A stretch of 43,440 bases of DNA from Phoronis australis (lineage: Eukaryota; Animalia; Phoronida), in the NCBI GenBank assembly GCA_002633005.1, contig NMRA01000520.1, positions 85,029 through 128,468 on the forward strand. Reading direction: 5' to 3'. The notes under the pieces were generated by a model. That model made no database searches, was not told the DNA's origin, and was given only the letters and a program-made list of their open reading frames with translations. The translations under genes were made by a program, and so were the position numbers. Below are positions 1 through 10,500 of this stretch, piece by piece (position 1 is the stretch's first letter; each line of letters opens with the position of its first letter).

Positions 1-1
1 C

Positions 2-350
2 GGTTACCTGATGGGTTGATCTAGCTCAATTCAGGTATTGGGGCGTGTCTGGCGGGGGTAACCCACCACTAGATTTGTCTGGCAGTGCTCATTCGTGATA
101 CCTGGGCTTACGGTGAATATTTTGCGACTGGTTTCAAGCTCAATTTTTGTGCCCTGTATATGTTCGTCTGGGGGGTACTCCCCACCACTGAAATTGTCTG
201 GCAGTGACCAATTTTGATACAATGGATGACGTAGCAGGTATCGAAGGCAGTTTTAAGTGGTTACCAGAAAAGTTGATCTAGCTCAATTTTTTAGTGTAAT
301 TCTCTTGGCTCCCCTGACCACACCCACCAGAGTGAACCTGCCAGACGGCC
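2..350. repeat. Cluster of imperfect direct repeats
   Basis: GGTTACC..GTTGATCTAGCTCAATT at 2-31 and 259-288; GGGGGTA..CCCACCACT..TTGTCTGGCAGTG..TGATAC at 54-101 and 171-220; inverted CTGCCAGAC near 338-346. Confidence 0.6.
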
Positions 351-1840
351 ATTTCCAAGCATCAGGATACCCACAGAGCACTGTGGCACCAAAGAAAATT
401 GGTTACCTTTTCATGTCCAAAAAAGCTCTGGGATTCCGGTCTATCTCGTTCGATTGTCGGGTATCACGTGACTTTTCGCATAGGGGCGGAGCTTGCAATA
501 GGTCAATACCGGCTGTCATCGGTTATTTCCGTACCCTCATTTCAGGCTCGTCGGTTCAAGAACTTGTCCTGAACGCCGTCAGTTTTTCCTAGTAACTGTA
601 TGTGCTATCGCTTGTTCGAAAAGTCTTCATTATTTTGTTTTATTAGTTATAACTTGTGATTCGTTTGTATATGTAGTGTATTTATAATTTTTAGTTAGTT
701 GTCGTTGATTTTTTTGGAATCATACGCGTACTTATTATGTTAAAATTGCAATTTGGTGTTTAGTTCCTTTCAACCGCCCTACCTAAGGTCCTTACGTACA
801 TGTACATGTACGTAACTTACGTAGCGCGGTCGAACCTAGGAACCAATATAAGTCGAACCAATTTTTTTCGTTTTGATTTTTTTTCGTTTTGAAAATGTAC
901 ATTGCTATCATTCTTCTCAGCAAAAATCGAAAAAGTATCACAATGGGGGCAATCAGTGTAAAGTTAATGCAATTTTTGTGGAGAAATTTGGGTCACTTTG
1001 TGTGGATCGCATAGGCCATGCTGGAGGACAGAGGGATAAGTTACGAGATTAAAACTTTGTGTAAACTGTTTTCGCCAACAATTTACGGCAGCGTCGCAGT
1101 TGTTACTTATTAAGTCATAAATGTGTTCACAATTCCCGTTGGACTTGGTCTCATTTCTGGCGACACCGACAACATGGCGACTTTTGCTGAACTGGAAGGC
1201 ATGTTCAACCTGTTACTTTGTAATTTGTGCAGATTTAACGTTGATACACTTTGACAAACGTTGCTACATTAAAGAACTTTGTTCAACTCTCGTGTTTTTT
1301 GGTGCAAAAATATAAGATATATTCGAATTATTTTACTGTGAATTTCCCATTCAGGCGATCTGACACTCAGCTAAAAAAGTTGTTGAAATATTTTTGAAAT
1401 GTTTTTTTGTTTGACTGTCAATTGCTGTTTAAGACTTAATTAGATGTCACAAAATTGTTCATATTTTTCTAAATTTTAAGTCTAAATTGCTTTCAAGTCA
1501 TGTTTTGTAACTCAATGCTTCCTAATTCAGGTTATCAAGTCAACAAGCTATGTTAGGTTGCGAAGCTTCAAGCCTCCAATTGTTGTTCCTTGCAACTTCA
1601 TATATTTTTAAATCATGCTTGTCAAATTCTGATGTAAGGAAGCACTATTAACCATGGTAATAGTTACATATACATGTATGTCCACTTTCATACCATCGAA
1701 ACTTTTGCTGTTGGATAGTGTTTGTAATGCTAAGTGCAAAGTATTTTGCGTTTTAAGTTACTTATTATGGTGTAAGGTTGAATCATTTTGGCTTAATGAA
1801 TAGAAAATGATAACAATTTGTATTGGACTTGTACTTATGT

Positions 1841-2068
1841 GCTCGAACGAGCCCCATATTTGGAGAAATGGAAAAAAGGTCTGCCTCAGTCAGAGAAGCA
1901 CGAACTCCAAAAAAGTTGGAAACTTGGCAAAATTCCACTAGAAGACAGGAAGTACCGAAATTTAGCGTCTGCTGTTCATAGCTCTGAACATACCCAATGA
2001 ATCTTATAGTAAAAGGTAAACATTCCCAAAAATTCCAGCCCCCCATTTTTTAGGCTTGGTGCACTCAT
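1841..2068 (+). mobile_element. Dispersed CATG-ended MITE family, 5'-truncated copy
   Basis: Shares CTCGAACGAGCC..AAAAGGTCT.CCTCAG..AACATTC.CAAAAATTC.AGCCCCC.CATTTTTTAGGCT with 19624-19844. Confidence 0.7.
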
Positions 2069-3463
2069 ACATAGTCTTGGAAAATTTCTGTTGAAAGCCA
2101 ACAGCTTTGCACAGTTCGCCAGAAAACCCCAAATTTAAAATATACCTCGTTTGAGCGAGCGCTGTGTGGGCAGCGACCAGGGTTGCTATGGCTCAAAGCT
2201 GTATAGGCCTACTAACAAGCTGTACTTTGAAGATAGTTTTGATACTGGTAGCTGGCCCTAAGGCCGGCTAAGCCAAAGGTTGCCGCGGCAGTCCGACACA
2301 GGACTAACCAGCCCATAATTTTATGCAAGTGTCTGAAACTATCTTTGAATATATACGGCATTTAAGATTTGAAAATTGTACTTGTACAAAGCAGCTTGCA
2401 AAATGCCTATACTGTTCGCCAGTGTCTCGATCCGCACCGGGTCCGATAGGCTGCCGTCCCAAATCCTGCAAAATAATTTCTGACAAAATTTATTCGCCAC
2501 ATTTCTTCAGCAAATTCTGTAAAATTGTCCGTACTTTGATTTCATTAAAATGAAGGCGTGCTGTCGATTATTTCATCCCCGTGTGCAGGCTGGTAACAGG
2601 CACTGCTCCAGTCGCACTTACGGCGTTTCCTTAGCCTGGGTTCCTGAATGAATTGTACTTCCAGTTTTGCGGTAAGTTCAAGATGGCAGTGTGTTCTTTG
2701 GGTGCGAGTCGTGAGTGATGCGTTTATTTAAGCCTTATTCGATTACGGATTGTGTATTTGTTATGGCGTAGGTACTTCTTGGATCCTTATAACTACCTCT
2801 AACCATGTAATAGGGGTTAACAACGTGTGAAACCAGGACTTTAAAAGTGCTAACTCAAGGTTTCCTCACTTTAAGTCCATTTTGTGACACTTTCGCACTT
2901 GAAATCATACCCTTCCACAAGATAAAGTGTGACCTATATTTAATTGTCGCCGTGTATTCTTGGTTCTCTGCAGTCATCTTGTCGAAGAATCTTGGGATCA
3001 TTTCATGCGACTACAAACAAAAATGAAAATTGCTTCAAAAAGCCCGTTAACTATAAAGGTTTCCACCAAGGTTACCGGTTTATTGTAGGGTCTTACCCCT
3101 CCATGTGACACTGTCGTGCGAAAGTTTGTATTTTCCCTTTTCGATCTTTCTGTTAAATTTAGAAATATGTGACCGAGATCATTGGTCTGAACCTGGATGA
3201 ACACTAAATGTACTTGAGTATATTTGACTGCAGACCGCAGATCTTCAGTTACAATGACATTTAAACGAATATCACAGCCATGAACTCACGGTAACTTTCG
3301 CCGTAATTTAAGTTAACCAAGGTTGTTTGGTAGAAAGTGATTAATTATAATTGTTAATTGGAAGATAGATGGAAAGAAAAAAATTATGAGTTTTCCGTGA
3401 ACACCTCTCTCGGTGTCATTTCTCTAAATAACCACTTTGCACAGAGGGTAATAACAAAATACT

Positions 3464-3469
3464 TTTATT
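3464..3469 (-). other. Candidate polyadenylation signal of gene A
   Basis: First AATAAA on the minus strand after the stop, about 205 nt downstream. Confidence 0.4.
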
Positions 3470-3673
3470 AGATAATTATTCAACATATTGAGCAGCACTT
3501 ACGGTGAGCTTTTGTACAGTATATGCCAATACAGATTGATATATTCAGATGTAAACTCGAATCAACATCATCAACACGCCGAGCACATAATGTTACACGC
3601 ATACGTGTACATGTACGTGACGTTGTATAAAAATTGCAGAATTGCATAAGCAGATGCTGGGTATCTATACAGC

Positions 3674-4521
3674 CTACTTTTTCTTTGGCATTTGTGTTTT
3701 TCCCATTTGGTTGTTTCTATCTTTTGCCGACTGTGACGCACTGTTTAATGTGGATTTAACAGACGATGACCCTGATTTTTTTCCGGCTGAAGGTGCGACG
3801 CCGTTCTTGGAAATGTTGCTCTTTGCCTCCTTCTTGGTGGAGACATTCGGTGTCTTGGTCTTGGCTGACGTATGTGTTTTCTTGACAACATTGGAAGACT
3901 TCCCATTAACTCCGTGTTGACTATACTTCTTACCTTTACCGCCAGGTACATTCAATGGAGGAAGAACGACGGTGTTTGGTTTCCTGTTTGTTCCGTTGAC
4001 TCCAATAATTGCTTTGCTTTTCTTTGTTTCTGGACTGGTTATTGGCTCAGACTTTGTCGTTTCCTTGACAACGTCGACTTCAGTTTTTTGAGTTACAGTT
4101 TTATCCTCTGACGGATTCTCTGGGTCTTTAACTGGACTTGTTTGGGTGATTTTGGGCTTACACTTAAGAAACACAATAACTCCAATAATGATTCCTATTA
4201 ACAAAAGTATTGCTAACGTCACACCAATAGCAATGCCGACAGAATTATCACCGTTTATAGGTGGCGCGTAAGACGTAACAGCGATGTTCGAAAGCGCACC
4301 AATATTTCCAATTTCATCCGACGCACGAACGCTCATGTAATAGCTTGCGGATTTGTCGAGGTTTGGTATTTTGTAGACAAATTCTTCTAACCTGCTCGAC
4401 TCTAAAGGCTCCAATAGTTTTCCGGAGAGCAGTTGATCTTGTGATATCAGCTGCTTCGCTTCAAACTGTTTACTTCTAAGCACAGTGTAATTTTGGACCA
4501 TTCGAATTTCATATTTGCTAG
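3674..4521 (-). CDS. CLCA: Gene A exon 15 (FnIII end, TM helix, 163-aa tail, stop)
   Basis: ASKYEIRM..YYMSVRASDEIGNIGALSNIA..GIAIGVTLAILLLIGIIIGVIVFL-KCKP..MPKKK*; acceptor TTTTCAG. Confidence 0.92.
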
Positions 4522-7500
4522 CTGAAAAGACATAAATATCATTTAGCATTGAATATGAATTGGAGCTACTTTGCTACCACTACGGGCAACAGCACGAGGT
4601 GAAATTCCAGATAATGTCTATTTTTACAACTACTCTCTTTGATAAACACTAAGCACTGAAAACATTAAAAAAACACAATCATATACTGAAGATAGACAAA
4701 AATATTTTAGGATAGTGGGAAATTTAATGACAGACGGACTCCATCATTGTCGTGTTATTTGCGGGAAGCACAGTGACCGTATGGTCGAAGTTTTAAGTGA
4801 AAAAATGCGTCAAGTAGACCAACAGCACCGACCGGTAGGGAACAAGTCGTCGACTAGTAAAAAGTCACTCAAATTTCCTAATTTCAATACATCGGCATTA
4901 GACCGCATACATGTAGGTGACTGTAAATTGCAATGCAGGATATTAAAATATTTATTTAAAACGCCCATCGTTATCGTGTCACATCGAATGCATTTTTATT
5001 TTGATCTATGTTGACTGTAGTTTTTAGAGGGAGCTATTGGCAGCTAGCAGGCCATTACATGCCGGTTGATTCGGACAGAATTTCGTAACCCGTGCTGTTT
5101 CAGTGGTCACAACAGTGAACTCCTAATTCACGTTGTGCCGATGAATCGTTTATGGTTATGAGTTAACCAAAAATCGGCAATAAATTTTCAACCTCACAAT
5201 ATCGTTCATACAGCATAAGTTTCTCAGAGAAAGTCGGATTCAAATGATTTTTTTTCCATACCGTGACTGACGCAGTGCTTTCCAAAGTGCACACATAATT
5301 TGTTTTTAGATGCAAATCCTTTTTACGCAAGGTGCCATCCTACAGGACATCGATAAATTGACGAAAAATAAGCGAAGTTGCACAAAACCGAAACGAAAAC
5401 AAAACGAACATAATGACAAACAGCGACAGCTGATATGAAATGCTGTAATGCCATAATTAGATTCCATATTTTAGGCATGTTCAAAACCACTGTTTTACTA
5501 TTAATGCAGAGTTTCGTTTTGTTTAATTTCACTAAAAATATGATCACGTAACCTAATTAAAGACTAAAGGTTTTAAGTAAAACACGTCCTTTGTAGACGT
5601 TCTGCTTTCAGGAAGGGTATCCCATACTATTAACGTTAGCTGACGTCTATTGCTTTGTGCACTGTAGTTATTTGGCTGACATTCCCTGACGCCATTACTC
5701 ATGCAATACACGCATCCTGAGTCGGCAAGAATTGTAACCCTAACTGAATGAAAAGTAGTGCAAAAGTCTGACTAATTGTTTTGCTTCATTGCATCTGGAT
5801 TTAAATGTACGAAAGCATGAGAAATCAAATCGTCAGATAAAAGAGACCTAACATGCTACTTCAGCAAGGCTCACGAATGCCTAAAATGCGGATTTCCACT
5901 GATTAAGGACCTCTCATATGTCGATTTTACATTCATATAATTGCAAAACGACCTGTCACTTCATAAACACTTTATGTGACAAACTTACTAAAATATACAC
6001 ATTTTCCCCCGATCAGGCCTCGGTGGTACGGTCAAATTTACCAGAACAAATGTAATATGAATGATCAATATGTTTGCATTGCGGAGGGGGGAACTTTAGT
6101 AACATCGCCAAAGGGGCGTCACTAGCCAGCTAACCGTTAGACGTCAACGTGTTTTGTTTTCCGTGCATTCATGTTGGATTAAATTGATACTAATGAAATC
6201 GTATTTGGAATCACAAGATAGATAGTATTTATTCGCTCACCTTTACCGCGAGTCATGTCGTCGCCGGGTGCCGTCCACATTAGGGTCACCGTATCTTCTA
6301 CTAGATACACCCTAAGGTCGGTTATGCGAGCGGGAGGTATGTTGTCTGGTACCACGTAGCTGGAGTCCAGGGGAAAGCCACTGACGGTGATCTCGCCCGC
6401 GGTGTCAACCCTCTGGAAGGCTCCTACACTATTTGAGGATGACTGGACTTTATAGAGGTCTTCAACTGAAATTACAGCCTGCGTATATTTCTACAATACA
6501 AACATAAAATGCAAATGTATTTATATACATGTACATACATATACATGCATGCGTGTGCGTGTGTGCGTGTACGTTTATGTGTGTGCGTGAGTGTGCGCGT
6601 GAGTGTGTGTGAGTGTGTGCGTGCATTCGTGTGTAAAAATATCGCACGCACGCAAGAATTACATTGAAGGGACCAGTTTTATGTTAATGTGAACACCTGT
6701 GCAGTCTGTAATCAAAGGATACTTTTCGGTTAAAACGTTTACAAGTATCAACCGATATAGCATACATATTTAAGGGCATGAACCTATACTTGTATTTTCA
6801 TGTTGGTGTATGCAAGTACGTGCATTTGTCATTGGTTTTTAAAATGTCACCTGTATCTTTAGAAATGATAGGAGGGGATGGAAATCCCTTGATGTTGGTC
6901 ACTTGGGCGGATTCTCCGTCGTTCGTGGAGACTTTGATTTTGACGCTATATCTTCCGTTTCCCTTGAAGTCTTCTGCTATAAAATACCCACAATACTGTC
7001 CGTCTTGTTTGCGCATGTCACAACCTGGAAAACAAAGTTCACAAAGCATTGATGAATACCAAAGGCGACCTACGCGTTTTTATATGTAATTACTTGCACA
7101 ACTTGTGAAGAATGTGTTAGTTTAGTTTGTTCTTGTGCTTACAGCAACTGTAAGGCATAAAGACATTTCTCAATACATGCGAGTACACGTGTACATGAGC
7201 ATCATAGTATGATCGATGTGTGTTTTACCTGCGCCATTGTCATCTAGTGGAATGATTTTGTTGAGTCCATCCGGTCTTTCCACGTCTGCCTCGACTTTTG
7301 CTCCGGTTACTGCCTTGTATCCCTGCGACACGTCGGCATAAACTTGAAGAACAGTTTTATCGGAGAACTTAACAGAACCGGACTGGAGAAAAGACGCGAC
7401 TTTGATTGGTTCAGCGTTTGGGCTTGACGTCCTTGATGTCACAACCACAACGACGTACTGGGCCTTGTTTGACTCTACTTTGTACATGTATTTCCCAGGC

Positions 7501-10500
7501 TGAAATTTATTGCGTAGACTTCGCAAGTTATTGGGCCGAAACTTTGGTATATGACCGTGTTCGATTATGAGCACAGAGACTATGACCATACATGCGCGCA
7601 ACCATGCAAGGGGGGGGCTCTGGGGGGCTCGTCATCCGTTTTTCATTGGTAGGACGCAAATCGGTAATCTCAGTGGTCAGTGGCAGATCTACGATTTCAG
7701 TAAGGGGGGGTTTAGGATTCGAAAGAATCCGAGGCACGTAGCGCCGAGGAGAAGGAAGGTCGCGAGAGGGTTTCCCTCCTCCCGTGTAAGATTTTTTGGG
7801 ATTTTTAGTAGCTAATTTCGTTTTTCTGGCGATTTTTTTCCAGTTTTTATTTTTGATCCTGTCCCGAGGGGGGGTTTAAACCCCCTGAACCCCCCTGTAG
7901 ATCCGCCTCTGGTGGTATGGGGATGTTTCTCCCAGGTTTGATGCGCAACATGAAAACGAGGCGTTGACAAAGGGGTAAAATCAGGACTGGGGTCTAATCT
8001 TTGTACTCAAAATGGAACTCGAATTCATTTTTTGACATTCTTACGTTCTGCGCTTGTGCGAGATGAAGATACGTAGGTATTATTAAGCATCTGTGTTATG
8101 ATTTATGCGGATGAGTACCTACATGTAGAACAAGTTCGTGCTCAGTAGTGGCTCCTAGAGTTGAGCTGGATATTACAGTAAAACCTTGAGATTTCGAATC
8201 AAAACTGGAAATTACTAACGCTGGACAGATTTCTGCCTAAACAATGTACTTGAGTTTGGCGACAAAACAAATTTCTATGATGGTGTGGGAGGATTTGAGA
8301 CAATGTCGGTACGGTTATATAACTGAGGTTATAACTTGGGTGAGATCTAGATTAAACGTGTACAAAAGATTGTTGGCTAGATGATTCTAAAACTTCACAC
8401 AGGATACATGTATAAGCCTTCGTGAGCCCCCCACCAAAAGTATTCGGACAAAATGACCCGCAATTCCCTGTCATGGAGGCTGAGTAGAAACTAACTTTAC
8501 CGTGGTTTTCCTTATTGACCTAGAACGCCATGAAGTTACTGAGGTGGCTCAGCTATCCCGTTATTTTAATCTTGCATTCGTAATGTTTATTACCAGTAAT
8601 TTCCGCTTTTAGCAGAATCTACCGTTATGAATGGGAAACAGTATTTGGTCTCATCATTTTGCCTTGTACTGTTGCTTACGTTATTCGTGACAACTTGATG
8701 GTTAGGGCTTACCTTAGCAACACCAGGAAGATGAATAGTTAATAAGTTGAACGCCTGTTGATCCTTGTAATACTTGGAATCTTTGTTATGAACAGTTCCA
8801 TCTGGTGTCGTCAGTTGGACCTACATTATACAAACACGGTGTCTAATAAAATAGATTTGTTTCGTGACGTCATTGCATACAGACTCCTCATTAACTTGGG
8901 CACATCTACGTAATTGTTATTTTGAAATCACATGCTGCAATATGTGTGTTAATCGCATTTTCAGCTTATACAACGCTCGTTCTAATGTTTTCTTCATCTT
9001 GACTTAGTTTGCAACGTGGCTTCACTATGTTTCAAAGGATTGGAGGTCAAGCATAAAGACATAACATGTCAAAACACGAATAATAAGCATAGACAGATCT
9101 GGGATATGTTTCTTGAAAACGAAATGTGACTTTAGACAGAAAGGTGGTCTTCCGCGCCAGAAATCCATTGCTGAAAAAGGGTTTAGCTAAGAAGTAATTG
9201 TGGTTACATCGCAGACTAGAAATAAGGCATAGAAATTGTCTCTATAACTATTAGTTCTGTGTTACTCTGAGACACTGGGCACTATTGCTCACATGAGATT
9301 AATTATTTTTCACAAATAGTGTGTGGAGCCGGAGACCAACTTTCTGATTTAAGTTTTTAGTCACATTTCATGAAAAAATCAGGTCGAAACCTTTTTGCCT
9401 TGGGAAAATAAGTGGCAAATAATCTTTTTTTCCGCCATATTTATCTCAAAATTCCAAATTTCAATGAAATCATTTCAAGTGGCGGCCATTCGGCATTGTG
9501 AATTTGCAATGTCGTGAATATCTTGCGAGAGACATACGCAGCGAGAATTTCAACCAGCTCAAGAAGGAAAAAGTTCGATCCCCTCTTCGGCAAATTCATA
9601 TAAAGCTTTTACAGATTCTATTTTCTGTACCAAGAGTTTTCCGTGGGGACTGGTCTATTGTGGACCATTGTGGCTTGAGCACGGTTGGAGCCTGTACGTA
9701 ACCACAATGTACAGAGAAGTCAATGCATTAAAGGAAGCGAGGTAACGGACATGTACGTAAAGAAGTAAGGTACCTCAATAGCTGAGGAATAGGAGAAGGC
9801 CACATACGTCCCGTTGCCAATGGTGCCGTCAATATGGAATGTCCCACTCGCCCCTACACCGTTTGATGTGATGGTCAGCGTTTCACTGGTCACCTGAAAA
9901 GTAAGGAATATATCCACGTGTTGACATGCGTCAGTATGCAATGTAATAATTACAAACTTATTTGATCGATACAATCTTGGTTGCTTTACTGGCAGGTCGA
10001 ACGCGAAGCGCTGCATACAACTGAGCGCAAGTTTTGGAGACATTGTTTTCGACCTTTCCAATACATCAATGTTGCGTTAAAACCACGCTTAACTAACGAT
10101 ATAAGATGGGACAGTAGTTTCGCATGAAGCGATGTAATGATAAGTGTAAGGGGGGCACACTTCAAACACGACTTGGCTTGTTTGTAAACAACTGGCTTCG
10201 TCCGATCGAGTCTGTTTACCGCAAGCTTTTTCTGATATCTTAAACTCGTATTGCCTGAAATACATGTACAGTACCATCAGCTCCTGATCTAACCAATTTG
10301 CTTGGTGGCAAATGATAACATCTGGAGAATTGGTTGCATCTCGACACGGATCTCTGCGTATCGAATCACCTGCACTTACTGTTATTTTTGCTTCCTTTGT
10401 GCTTCCTGCAGCCAGAGAATTTAATGCATCCTGGATACCAGTTGACATACTGTTTGTTGAGGCGTACATCGAGCGCCCCCCAGTGTTTGATGAAAGTGCT

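Noticed and set aside
3674-3691. C-terminal MPKKK as a di-lysine ER retrieval signal
   Set aside because: Lysines are at -1, -2 and -3; KKxx or KxKxx needs -3 plus -4 or -5.
3642-4111. Plus-strand ORFs 3642..3920 and 3872..4111
   Set aside because: Antisense shadows of the Lys-rich gene A tail; no recognisable motif.
6462-6647. His/Thr-rich 61-aa ORF
   Set aside because: Translation of a GT microsatellite.
7483-7490. TACATGTA in gene A exon 12 as a footprint
   Set aside because: Encodes YMY, and the paralogous exon has the same 271-nt length, so there is no insertion.
10089-10379. Extension of the 211-aa ORF past exon 9
   Set aside because: Read-through beyond a strong GTAAGT donor; the paralog splices at the same place.
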